This document shows positions 47,479-58,649 of a stretch of DNA of 64,000 nucleotides, piece by piece. The notes beneath the pieces were generated by a model, which worked only from the letters and a program-made list of their open reading frames with translations, searched no databases and was not told the origin of the DNA. Every line of letters starts with the position of its first letter. Position 1 is the first letter of the stretch. The position numbers and the translations under genes were made by a program. The stretch lies in contig QPGO01000126.1 of the NCBI GenBank assembly GCA_008632985.1, positions 124,001-188,000 on the forward strand. The letters run 5' to 3'. The DNA comes from Psammoneis japonica. Lineage: Eukaryota.

Positions 47479-50400
47479 ATGGAATCAACTGATGTTGTCG
47501 CTGCTTCTACCAATGAGGAAGTGTCCGTGGCAAGCAGCTGTACGAGCGAGTATCAGACGGCGCCAGAGGATCTCGAGCCGAGTCAACAACTAAAGCCCGT
47601 TTCAGAGCTCGCAGCCGTTCCAGAAGAAGAAGAAACAACACAAGAAGCGTCTCCGGTTCAGCTCTGGCATTCGATGCATGCGGAATTGCAAAATATTTGC
47701 AAGTCTCTATCGTGTTCGTTGTGTTTGAGCACCTATACAAATCCCGTCATTTTAGACTCGTGCCTTCACGCATACTGCCGAGACTGTATTTTGCGTGCGC
47801 TGCAGGAAAATAAAAAGTGTCCTTTATGTGGCAACAAAGCCACGAGACGTTCTCTGGTGGATGCTCCGCATTTCGAGTCACTCGTCAAGGCATACAAGCA
47901 CGTATCTCGTGCCATGGGACTGACTCCTATGGAGTATGACGAGGAATTGGAAGGGTGCATGACACAGCTGCCGCCTGAAGAACAAGAAGGAAACAAGGCA
48001 TCGCTGTTGGATTGTCATGTGCATTTGCAAGTCTCCAAAACGTGGCATGACGTGTTGCAACGCACATCTCATCATACGACACAAGAAGAGCGCCTATTAC
48101 AAGAACGGGCCAAGGTTGTAAAGGCAAACGAGCGTGCTTTGGTCAAAGCTGCAGTGAGACAGCAACAAGAAAAGCAGAGTAGCAGAGCTGCAGCAGCTGA
48201 ATCCAAATCGCCACAAGAGTCACCCAAGTTGGTAACCTTTGCCACCAAGAATGATTCTTCTCAACGAGATAACGACGAAAACTCGCATACCACCATCAAC
48301 AACGAAGAGGAAGAGGAGTTTCTGACTGGAAACGAGGAACAACCACCAGACGTACCGCCGACGAGCCAAGAGCTTCGTGACGCTTCCATGGAACAAGAAG
48401 CGACCAATCGTCCCGCCGAAGACATGCTACATGAAGAGCAAGTGCTGCAAGAATCCGCCACCAGCATGGTGCCGCCCACGAGCCAAGAAATTCGAGACGC
48501 CTCCATGGAACAAGAAGCGGCCGATCGCTCCGCGGAAGATATGCTTTATGAAGAGCAGCAAGAATCATCCACGGCCAACACGCAGGACTTATTTAGTCCC
48601 AACACACGCGAAACCATGAGACGTCTTAGCAAGGAAGCCAATGATGTGTTGGAGTCTCTTCACAAGCCGTCCGAAAGCAGCAATAGTAACGATAATGATG
48701 ATGACGATGGTATGGTGGCAGAAGTTTTGAATCTCGAAAAGGCAACCGAAGGCTTGCGTCGTGAATTAGACCGACCCGATCTCAAGAGACAAGCCATGAG
48801 TAGTAGTGGCGAGGGATTAATGCACGAGACGGAAGCATCATTGCCGAATGATGAAACCGACGATGCTTCGTTTGCGAATGATAACGAAAACAACGATTCA
48901 TCCGAGAGCAGCGACTTTGATCAAACGGCAGGGACGCAAGATATTCGAGATATTCTGGATTTGCCTCCGCCCCGCAAGCGCTCGCAACCTCAAGAAGACA
49001 AGGAGAACCAAACTCCAACTCAGAACCAAGCTTCGACACCAGCGACTAGAGTGGTTGAAAAGAGCATTCCTGAAGAAGTACCTCAGCAAAAGAACCGCAA
49101 CAAGAAGTAGAACGTGAAGACGAGCCATCGCACTACGCTGTGGGGACGGTGGTGCAGATTCAGTCGCGAACGTGGCCGGGTGTCAACAAACCGGGTGGTG
49201 TTGCGCGGATATCTAAGGTATCGCTTGAACCATCCATTACCTATGACGTTTCCTACGTGTTGGGTGGTAAGGAAAAGTCGGTCGATGCAGGATTTGTATC
49301 ACTCTACAACGACAGCATGAAGCAAGAGCAAAAGGCTAGGCGAGTGACCGTCAAAGAAGAATCATCATTAGAAATTCCAGCGTCTCTTTTGTTGAAACTT
49401 AAGGCTAGTGGATTTGCCACTGACGCCAAGACGGAACGCGCCGTATTGAACAAGGCGAAAAAGGAAAGGGAATCCAAGACGGACCACACGAAGGCGACGA
49501 AAGTATTGAAAAAGGCGGCGAAGAAGGCTCCAACAAAGCCGGGCGACAAGCGTACTAATAGTAAAGCCCCAAAACCGAAGCCTAAGCGTCGCAAACGAGA
49601 CCTTACCGACAACGAAAAAATCGATTTGGCCGATGCTCATTATGCCGAATGGTTTCAACAGGCTCAAAGCAATGGCATTGTATACGTGGTGTCTTCGTTT
49701 CTATCTGATCGAGACAATGACTTGTTGCAGTTGCTCTGCAAAGAAACTAGAAAATCAAAAGGTTTGTAGCTGACCGATACGAACCGCTCGCAGCGTCTAC
49801 CATTCCACTCACTTCCACTTTGTGCTTCTTCTTTTCAGTGGTCGTGAAAGTTTCAAGCGTGTTTCACCCGTCCAAAACGACACTTTGCGTCATGCCAACT
49901 GCGCCGAAAGATCCTACTACCTCTCGGAACCGGTCTCTCAAAGCAATGAGAGCCTCTCTAGCTGGAGTGCCGATTGTGTCGCCCGATTGGATCTCGACTT
50001 GTCTCGAGAAGAAGGAAGTAGTCGAGCCCACCACCTTTATCCGAACCATTACGACTCGCACGACGCAACTTGTCATCTCACCGAAGCTCCAGCTTGGCAT
50101 AGCCTTGACCGCTGCAAGAATCCGCGCCCATCAAGCCTTGCCTCTTCACAATGTACATGTTTTTTTGTGTGGGTCTTTTGCTTCGCCACGCAAAGTGGAT
50201 ATTCACGTGTTGCTGCGGGAATCTGGGGCACATCTTTTGTCGTCCCTAACGGCAACCACGAAAAAGCTTAAGAATCTCTCGAGTGATGATGATGAGACGG
50301 TAGTCCTCTTGTGCGATGATGCAGAGTCGACAAGCTTGTCTGATGCATTGGTAAATGCTGCAACGAGAGCCATAGACTCTGGCTCTGGAGTTTTGGCGGT

Positions 50401-50512
50401 AGACGCCGCTTGGCTTTTTGATTCCATTACTTGTGGCATAGTCATGGCCGCAGAGTACTATGAGCCAGCAAATTCGAACGCAAGACAGTTGTGGAAAATG
50501 AGTCGAGCATAG
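47479..50512 (+). CDS. RING-BRCT protein, copy 3 (1-nt deletion in A run ~49090, possibly an error)
   Basis: Three ORFs colinear with copy 1. Confidence 0.75.
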
Positions 50513-51285
50513 TTACGAAACTCTGAATCTACCTATAGAAATTTGATTCTGAATGAGGACACCCGTGCCTCCAGTCGAACCAGTTATTCAAACGAATTCC
50601 GATGGACTTCATCGTGTGGAACGGCGACAACCTCCTTTCCGTAGATAGTATCTAGAGGTTTTCACTCGCATCCGCTTCTTGCTGTTTTCTCTATGGCATA
50701 GTAGCTACCGGTAAGGCTTAGAAAGAGAGCTATGTATCAACAATGCTGCTCGCCGTCCAAAGAAAAAAGTTGGTGTTTGAGTCGTGATTGACACGCTCGC
50801 GCCACCTCTCCCTGTTTGCCCAACCCAACTCACTTGTACCCGAAGGATCGTGCCTCAGCATTCATCCTTCATCCCAGCGGCTTTTTATTATTTTCCCATT
50901 ACCGGTTTTTAGAAGCTCCACCGTCTTCCATCTTCGATCCTCCTCATGAAATCAAACCTTTTGCAAATAAAACGGAAAGATACATAGAGGAAACACGATC
51001 TTGTCGATCTCTTCTGTATCTCTCGTCCCTTTTATGGCGCTGCTCGCAGGAATTCCCAATTCCCTTTGTATCATTGAACCTCATGACTGAGGATCATGAT
51101 TCATGTAACCATGACTGAACTTAGCCTTGCTTCAGATGCGTTGATCGATTTCAACACGATTGAGATCATCTGATTCTCTCCACCCTCCACGCTATCGGTC
51201 ACTTTTTTAAACAGAGACGAGATCTGCTTCTCTCACAATCTAGAAACGCTCCTCTGTTCAAGGAACAGCTGTCTTGCATTGCAAC

Positions 51286-52260
51286 ATGGCCTCTCGTGCT
51301 CATTGTCCTCCAGCCTCTGTCTCAAAGGGATCCGAAGCGACCGGCGTTCCCGAGAAGGAGCCGACTGTGCCGAAGCCGACCATTCTCCTCAACAATGCTG
51401 TCAACTACTCCCACGGTCATCGTACGTCCCAAACAGTCTGGACTGTGTTGAAGACTAGCTTTGTGCTCGTCAGCCTTTTCTGGGGATGCAATCACTTCGT
51501 TTCTAAGAAACCGTCAGTTAAGGATGATTTGACATACTTCACTTCAGGTCTTCAGCGCCAAAATAACCTGGCCAGCATTGAGGACCTGCCAACAGACAGT
51601 TTTCATAAATGTGCTCAGGCATGTTGCGTCAAGTCATTTCATCCAGCAGACGAGGTCCGGCAGCTTCTTCGAAAGAAGCTCAATCGGTTGCCCGTTGAAG
51701 TTCGAGAAAGCATCATAGAAACAGTTGTTGAGGAAGGAGTCACCGACCTAAATTCCTTTGGTGATTCGACGGCGACGTTTGCGGCCGATGGTCGAGCACA
51801 CTATTTCAAAGGCTTTTACTCTGCCGTCTGCGACGACACCTTCACGGTCTTCAAATCCAAAATGTACGCGACTTGCGTCGTTGCATCCGGAATCACCTTT
51901 GATGTTGCTGAAGCAGTGATCGATTACAAACAAGAAACTAGGGAAGAGGTGGTTGGCGTGAAGCCATGCGAGTGTGGCTACTTTTGGTGTGCAGAGTGCC
52001 CTCTCACAAAAACCAAGACAGTCAAGACGCCCGTGTTCAAGCGCCATAGCCTGACTCTGAAGCAGCAAGGCCAACTTTCAGAATGGTTAAGGAGGGAAGC
52101 AATGATGGAAGCTGAAGATGTCGTTGGAACCGGGAGGACTATCCACATGAGTCCCCCCAGGGCACGACAACTCGACGACGCGATCAAGGACTTTGCAAAA
52201 CCAGACTTGGAGGGTAGCTTCTATCATCTGGAAGGGAACGCCTCCATTGCAGACATTTAA
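51286..52260 (+). CDS. Unknown single-TM protein, copy 3 (intact frame, 324 aa)
   Basis: MASRAHCPP..., hydrophobic VWTVLKTSFVLVSLFWG and a CECG.FWC..CP motif. No family recognised. Confidence 0.6.
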   Translation: MASRAHCPPASVSKGSEATGVPEKEPTVPKPTILLNNAVNYSHGHRTSQTVWTVLKTSFVLVSLFWGCNHFVSKKPSVKDDLTYFTSGLQRQNNLASIEDLPTDSFHKCAQACCVKSFHPADEVRQLLRKKLNRLPVEVRESIIETVVEEGVTDLNSFGDSTATFAADGRAHYFKGFYSAVCDDTFTVFKSKMYATCVVASGITFDVAEAVIDYKQETREEVVGVKPCECGYFWCAECPLTKTKTVKTPVFKRHSLTLKQQGQLSEWLRREAMMEAEDVVGTGRTIHMSPPRARQLDDAIKDFAKPDLEGSFYHLEGNASIADI

Positions 52261-52618
52261 TTCTCTAGAGAGAAAGTATCGAGTATTGTATATTCTCAGT
52301 TTGAAATTAGTTCAACTTGTACCGGTATTCGGTTGAGAGACTTGAATCCTTCCTTGTTGTAACTCTAGTTACAATTGGAATCGACGTGAACTGCAAATAC
52401 TAGTAGGAGACGTCCAATAGTTTTTCCTGGGACCGTCTGCAATGCAACCTGCAATCCTCCGAAAATGAAGTTCGCCTCGTAAGTTAACCCACAACCCGCG
52501 ACCGACGTGCCATTGACGGAGCCAAAGGTTTAACAGAGATATTGGTTTCGATACTACAATTTCACGTTCATCGTATAAAGGGCGTGGCTCAGCGAAGTCG
52601 ATCAAAGGGAGCAATGCC

Positions 52619-53365
52619 TTACAATCGTTTCCAAGAATACAAACTTGCCCCTAAATCAATGGTGGCTTCTCCGTCCGGTGCAAAAGCCAAATCCCCATTA
52701 TGGATATTTTTCCACACGGAGGAATCCCCCATTGATCTCAAGAGTACTTCAGATGGAATGACGTTGCTGACACAAAACAGAATTCCTCCTGGTGCCGTCA
52801 CTCGCGTCAATTCCGTTATAGAATCTTGAAATACATCCTTCCCAGTAATGTATATTGCATCCAAGGTACCCTTATCGAAAATAGCATCAATCGATTGATT
52901 CGGAATCATGCGCAAGTTTCTAGCATCGGCCGTTACCAAAGAGACATTAGTATTTCGCAGTCGATCGGGTCCAAACAGTTCCTTGGCACGATCAATTCCA
53001 GCTTGAGAATAATCAAAGGCTGTCATGGTTTGGTTCCAGCCAGCATCATACAATTCGATGGGAGTCGGATCATTTCCCATGCCTGCCACCAAGACATGAG
53101 CTTGGTAATTGGGAACCAGTTCCCTCCAAAAGGGAGCAATTTCATTCCAACCGCAATACCAAGAATACGAACTCGAAGGACGATCTCCGACTCCCTCATA
53201 CATTTCATCCCAATAGCTCTTCATCCCAAATTTACATTTCCCCGTTGTTTCATCCATGTTGGCATTCTTCGACGGCAACACTACACAAGAAGAGTGCGAC
53301 GATTGATGCAGTCGACCTTGCATGGCAAAGGCTACTGCAACAAGAGCTTTGGGAACGAAGACCAT
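52619..53365 (-). CDS. Class I SAM-dependent methyltransferase (METTL13/EEF1AKMT4-like), copy 3, least mutated
   Basis: YWDEMY, YSWY, VLVAGMGN (motif I), FDYS, DAR, FDKGTLDA, PGG. Confidence 0.85.
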   Translation of the reverse strand: MVFVPKALVAVAFAMQGRLHQSSHSSCVVLPSKNANMDETTGKCKFGMKSYWDEMYEGVGDRPSSSYSWYCGWNEIAPFWRELVPNYQAHVLVAGMGNDPTPIELYDAGWNQTMTAFDYSQAGIDRAKELFGPDRLRNTNVSLVTADARNLRMIPNQSIDAIFDKGTLDAIYITGKDVFQDSITELTRVTAPGGILFCVSNVIPSEVLLRSMGDSSVWKNIHNGDLAFAPDGEATIDLGASLYSWKRL

Positions 53366-53589
53366 ACTTCTTCTTTTAGATTTCGGTTCTGTTCAGATGG
53401 AAGAATTAATAGTCTTAAAGAGGAGCAAAGAGTTCTCGCTTCTCGCCCTCCATTCCCTCCAACCTCAATCGCAATCAATCAGTCGCAATCATCTACGATT
53501 TTGGGATTTTAGGTTTTGCTCACCGATTTATTTACGGACGATGGACAGCCCTGTGCTAACCGACAGATATAAAATACGCATGCATGTAT

Positions 53590-55790
53590 GTCTCTCGCTC
53601 TGAGATCCCTCAATTTTCATGTCACTGGTGCCGTGCTCATTGCCACTGTCCTTGCATCTTGTTGGATTGATCAGACACAGCAGTCTGACAGGTTATGGCC
53701 TTCATTAGATTGTTCTGCTGTGTCAAGAACAACTGATTTGTTTTTTTTTTTGGCAGACGAGACGATGCCCTTGCTTCTTGTGTCCCTCTCGGGTGCAGAA
53801 AGCAGCTGCAGGCACGTCAGCAGAGGGTCATCAGCACTGCAGAAGACATGCTGGAGCCTGTGGGTGTTTTTTTCTGCACCTCCAGCATGACCAAAGATGA
53901 GAAAAATGGCAATCTTCTCAAGATTGTCAAGACCACTTTGCTGTCAATTTCAGCCCCCTTCACATCACCCTTGTTTTGCTCTCCAAACGATGCTGGCACA
54001 CTGCTGCTGTGTCCTCAACCACAGCTTTGCACCAACAATTGCCTTCCCCTGGGCAACATTCTGGATGGCTTCACTCCTTGTGGTCTGTGCAGCAATTCCA
54101 CGCCAATCATTTGTCAGAAGATTCTCCAGGACTTGATCGTTCTTCAAGCAGCGGCTCTGCGCACTCTTTGAAAAGAAGGCACACCTCTGCCAGGTGCTGT
54201 CAGCAACCCAAATGGACCTCAGAAACATCTGAACTTCTTCTCCTCTTTGCAGAAGACTGCGCTTCAAGCAACATGATTTGACAATGATGGCGCTGTTGAG
54301 ATTCACATTGGGGCAGTGTTGCTCTTTTTCTGACACCCGGCATTGCATCACACAGGTGCTCGCCACATGCTCTCCAACGGCTGTCCTCCAGATGATCAAC
54401 CCTCTGACTGCAACCTCTTCAGGTGCTCCTGCCCCTCACTTGACATGGGAGTCATTTTTAAATGTCACAACACACGCACCTCCCACTCATTCTTGACAAC
54501 ATCAACAGCTTGGCATGAGAGACCACACCAGCAGATTGCACACTGCAAGCAACCACACTGCAGCTCACCTTTGCCTCTCTGCAAGACAACAACCAATCAG
54601 CAAACCATGGCCCATGGCACCCACACATGCCCAGCTTTGGGAGGCCCTGCCTGAAAAAAGCGCACATCATCACCCAGCATGTTGTGCCAGCTCCCTGGGT
54701 GTGCTGCTGTCTGCTGCTGCTGGTCAGCAGCACATTGCTGAAGCAGCCACAGCAGCATGCTGCTGATGTTTTGTTTGTTGCCTGGGTCATGAGAGCATTG
54801 CTGATGAGAGTTCCTTGGCAGTGTCTTTTGGGATTGTTTTTTCTGTGACAGAACCCTCTTTATGTTGAAAAGAGCCAGGGGTGTGCGAGTCATGCAAGCA
54901 ATGTGTCACAGCTGCTGCAGCAATGGAATGGCTTGAGCTCAATGTCCTGCTCATCTGGTTGTGGCCATCATGCAGGCATCAGATGAATGGGCAATGACAA
55001 CACTCTTCTTTTTTCACATGCGCCGCTTTTTGAAACATGAGTTTTTTCCTTGGTGGGGCACAGCCTTGGTGCATGCTGCTGTTTGTTTTGGTGCAAAAAT
55101 TGCCACAAAATGATTTCAAACCTGGACAGAGATCCCTTTTCCTGTTGGCCTGAGCTTGCATTCCAACCCTGGGTGGGGCTGTGCATGACATTGGGCCCAC
55201 AGAGTTCTGTGCACAAGCTCTGCAGCAAAGTCATCAGGTGATTCTTGCCAGCAGGAAATGAGGGGCAATTTTGTGAAAACCTGTGAACTTCACATTTGAG
55301 GCACGCCACCTCCAGCTTGCCCAAACATTAAAAAAATGCCCAGCCACTTTTTGTTCTTAAAAATGATGAAAATTAAAAGCCTGTGGCTTCACAAAACAGG
55401 GAGCATCAAACAATTTTGCAGAAGATCCGAGTGCAGAAAACCTCTCACATGACAGTGCAGCAAAAGGTCCCACCCAGAGCTGGAGCACATTGAGAGCTTC
55501 TGTGTTTGGGGCCAATGTGAGAAAGCAGGCTCCACACTGTGTCTCCCTGAGAAGGGGATCTCCATTTCTGAGCACAGTGCTCCACATCTGCTGGGGGCAT
55601 CTCTCATGATGTCAGTGTTTGCTGCACACAAGGAGTCGGCTGGCCTGTGAAGAAAACATCCCTGCCACTCTCCAATGGTTTCAAATTGCTTTCAACAACT
55701 CAACCCTTGCAAAATCTGTGAATCTCTGCTGTGATTGGCAGTCAAAACAGGGCAGTCAGCAATCAGTCGCCCATGGGGTAAATTGACAGT
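53590..55790. mobile_element. Decayed TpA/CpG-depleted tract, full-length version crossing the right amplicon boundary
   Basis: Same composition continues ~550 bp past 55238. TA returns abruptly at ~55790. Confidence 0.45.
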
Positions 55791-55907
55791 GCACACAATA
55801 CAAGAAACGCAGGCAACTACTAGAGGGGCATTTGCAGAGTCGAATTTTCTGTTTTGTTTTTCTTTTCTCTAGAGTATCACATTGTACTATTTTCTAAACT
55901 TGGTTCT

Positions 55908-56954
55908 TTACGCACTCATTTTGTTTCCAAAATGATCCGGAGCTTCTTGCACCTTTTGCAAGACCCCGACAAAGTACCGAACATCCTGAGTATCTTGATC
56001 GACAATGGGTCCCGCCTGGATGCGATTGTGAAACTTTTCACCCTCCTTGTTGTAATTGGTGAGAATGGTCGAGGTCGATTTGCCGTGGAGCAACTCGTCC
56101 ATCATGTGCTGGACGGCGTCTGTTTGCGTTTCGGGTCCCTGCAGCAGCTTTCCGAGACTCTGGGAACGAGCTTCGTCTTGGGTATATCCACACAGACCGA
56201 CCCATGCGTCATTGACGGCGACAATCTCAAAGGGAGCTGTGGGCTTGGTAACGACAATGGCGCGGGGATCCTCGTAATTTCCGAGTGCCTCGTAGAGCGA
56301 TGTGGGAAGCAGGGGCACATGTTCTTGTAGATTCAAACTCTTTTTGAGTTGCGCGTCCGCGGCTTGTTGTATCAAAAGAGATCCAAAATCGGATTCGGGA
56401 CTTGCCAGATTGTAAGCGGTCGTGGCGAGAGACTCGCGGAGACACTCGGGTTCTTGCACAAAGTGAATATAATCCTCTCGGGCATGAGTGCGGGGTACAT
56501 CTTGGTGGCAGAAATCAGCATCGGGCGATGCAAAGGATAGCGATTCTGACCACTCGTGTGTGGGTGGATTGAGCGGCTCGGCACTGACGTAATCGGCTTC
56601 GGGTGAAGCAAAACTAAGAGACTGAGACCATTCGGCAGCTTCGTTTCTGGAAGAGTCACAGAAATCGGCTTCGGGACTTGCAAAGCTGAGCGAATCGGAC
56701 CATTCAGGACTTTCGTGCTTTTCCAGTGATCCACACGTAAAGTCGGATTCGGGCGATGCAAACGAGAGGGACTGGGACCATTCGGCTGGTTCTTGTCGAA
56801 CGGCACCACATACAAAATCGGATTCGGCTCCGGCAAACGACAAACTACCGGACCAGGCCGTCAGGGCACGAGCGGCGGTTCGTCTCGTTGTTACACCCAG
56901 TAGTCTCTTGGCCGCTAGTCGGCTTCCGCGTTGCATGACTGCCAAGCTTGTCAT
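55908..56954 (-). CDS. PAS (LOV-like, Cys-less) domain protein with five WSxSLSFAxxxxDF repeats
   Basis: AIVVT..PFEIVAVNDAW..LCGY..LLQGPET..LTNYNKEG..F.N. Arg-rich N-terminus resembling a mitochondrial presequence. Confidence 0.85.
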   Translation of the reverse strand: MTSLAVMQRGSRLAAKRLLGVTTRRTAARALTAWSGSLSFAGAESDFVCGAVRQEPAEWSQSLSFASPESDFTCGSLEKHESPEWSDSLSFASPEADFCDSSRNEAAEWSQSLSFASPEADYVSAEPLNPPTHEWSESLSFASPDADFCHQDVPRTHAREDYIHFVQEPECLRESLATTAYNLASPESDFGSLLIQQAADAQLKKSLNLQEHVPLLPTSLYEALGNYEDPRAIVVTKPTAPFEIVAVNDAWVGLCGYTQDEARSQSLGKLLQGPETQTDAVQHMMDELLHGKSTSTILTNYNKEGEKFHNRIQAGPIVDQDTQDVRYFVGVLQKVQEAPDHFGNKMSA

Positions 56955-57476
56955 TGTTGTTATTGTTTCGATTGTGAGAGAGACGTAGTACGTTGTTCTT
57001 TTGATGTTGCTCGTGAAGAATGATGTTCATCGGCGTTGCGATTGATCGATCTTTTCTTTTTCTGCGTGTCAACTCGACAGCTGAAAGTGCCGCGCGGTGT
57101 TCGCGTTTGACGTGGGCGCCGTAGAAATTGTACTGGATTCTACAGAGAACAAAATATCGGCAGCTGCGTGTGACGCGCAGGATTCTTTGTGCTTGAAGTT
57201 TTGAGTCAAAGGAATCAAAAGAACCGTCCGTACTTCAGTACCGGTAAAACCTTACGGGTGCAAAGTGGAAATCCGTAAAAACTGACGAGAGACGAGAGCG
57301 TGTGTGTTATGCACTTTAGTGACACTGTCGATAACAATCACCATAAAATTGTATGCACTCTATGCTGTTTGCGTTCATCGTCTGACTCGTGACATTTTGT
57401 GAAAGACGGTGCTGAATTCGTAAGAGACAAGAGTCGCCTTTTGAGTGCTGCGAATCCAGTCCGACGTTGCTGCAGA

Positions 57477-58649
57477 ATGGACGACGACGATTCATCTGCC
57501 AGAATCCTCAGCGCAATGGCACAAGCTGTAGGGCAGTCCGAGAAGGAATTTTTGTCAGAGGCTGTTGTCAAACTTGAACCAGGATGCAAAGGACTCGTCA
57601 ATGCCAGAAAAATTCGCGTGATGTTTGACAGTGGATTGGTTGAATTGCCACCCGAGATTGGCATGTTGCACCGACTGGTGGAGTTGAGGTTGACTTCATG
57701 TGAAAATCTTCAGCGACTGCCTCCAGAAATTGGGCGATTGACGAACCTTGAAGTGTTGGACCTTGAGGACTGCTTTGAGCTGACCGAGTTGCCTGGTGAG
57801 ATTGGAGAATTGGCAACCTTGAAGGAGTTGCTGCTACGCAAGTGTTGCGGGATCAAACGATTGCCTCGAACTTTGCATCGGCTCTCGCAGCTTGAGGTGT
57901 TGGACTTGTCACATTGCGGAAGTCTCGAGAGGTTGCCAAGTGACATTTTCCGGTCAAGAAGTTTGAAAGAGTTGAGATTTAATGTTTGCAAAGCCCTCAC
58001 TCGGCTGCCTCCGGGAATTGGACAGTTGCGTGAATTGGAATACCTCGACCTTTCTTACTGCGAAAGTCTCGCTGAAATCCCAGGTGAGATTGGTGACCTG
58101 CCAAAGCTGAAAGGTCTCGGCTTAAGTGGCACGTCACATTGCGCACGAGAATTCTTGGAAAACATTTGCACAAGCAGTCTGTCAAATCTGACACACTTGG
58201 AGTTGAGCGGTTGTCGTGATCTTCAAGAGCTGCCTCCTGCAATGGGATCGCTTCGAAACCTGGAGAAGCTGGTTGTGAGTTGGTGCAAGCAATTGACTCA
58301 AATTAGCAACGAGGTTCTGTCACTGCCGAGCCTCAAAAGTCTCAGATTGTGGGGTTGCACTGCGCTCACCATTTCACCCGAAGAAATCGGCGAGGCTTCG
58401 TATTCGGTTGAAAGGGTGGGCATGCCCACCTATGCATCCCAAGATGAAATGGACTGCTACTGTGAAATGAACAAGGCCGGAAGACACCTGCTGCGTCGAG
58501 AAAATGGAGTTCCTGACGCTCTCTGGCCGCACGTCTTGGCGGGTCGTCGGAGCAACGAGAACTTCATGTTTTGGTTCTTAAAGCACAACCCCAACTTTGT
58601 CAAGAAACGAGTTGAAAAAAGAGGAACCAAAAGAGCTCGCGAGGAATAG
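57477..58649 (+). CDS. Leucine-rich-repeat protein (LxxLPxEIGxLxxLxxLxLxxC type)
   Basis: About 10 LRRs of 24 aa, followed by NKAGRHLL..VPDALWPHVL. Confidence 0.85.
   Translation: MDDDDSSARILSAMAQAVGQSEKEFLSEAVVKLEPGCKGLVNARKIRVMFDSGLVELPPEIGMLHRLVELRLTSCENLQRLPPEIGRLTNLEVLDLEDCFELTELPGEIGELATLKELLLRKCCGIKRLPRTLHRLSQLEVLDLSHCGSLERLPSDIFRSRSLKELRFNVCKALTRLPPGIGQLRELEYLDLSYCESLAEIPGEIGDLPKLKGLGLSGTSHCAREFLENICTSSLSNLTHLELSGCRDLQELPPAMGSLRNLEKLVVSWCKQLTQISNEVLSLPSLKSLRLWGCTALTISPEEIGEASYSVERVGMPTYASQDEMDCYCEMNKAGRHLLRRENGVPDALWPHVLAGRRSNENFMFWFLKHNPNFVKKRVEKRGTKRAREE

Larger units (their letters stand above)
12543..55238 (+). repeat. Tandem triplication of a ~14.23 kb unit (starts 12543, 26774, 41009; ends 55238)
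   Basis: Same gene order recurs at offsets of about 14231 and 14235. TCAGG is present at both outer ends and both junctions. Confidence 0.95.

Noticed and set aside
41400..49100. Single-base frameshifts in copy 3 genes as true pseudogenisation
   Set aside because: Mostly 1-nt deletions in homopolymers, also dense beside the gap, which is typical of unpolished long-read consensus.
52619..53365. Local methyltransferase as the mutator's DNA-marking enzyme
   Set aside because: Motifs (DKGTLDA) fit protein methyltransferases, with no DPPY/NPPY or PC motif. It is itself a target of the mutation.
12543..55238. The 14 kb unit as a single giant transposon with TSDs
   Set aside because: No transposase, helicase or terminal repeats, and breakpoints cut through older tracts. 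TCAGG fits junction microhomology better.
11200..55790. Classical RIP or plain CpG deamination as the explanation
   Set aside because: RIP creates TA and stops; here TA and conserved Tyr are lost. CpG decay explains only a minority of differences.
53540..55800. Terminal inverted repeats around the decayed element
   Set aside because: Only weak similarity between the ends; not supportable.
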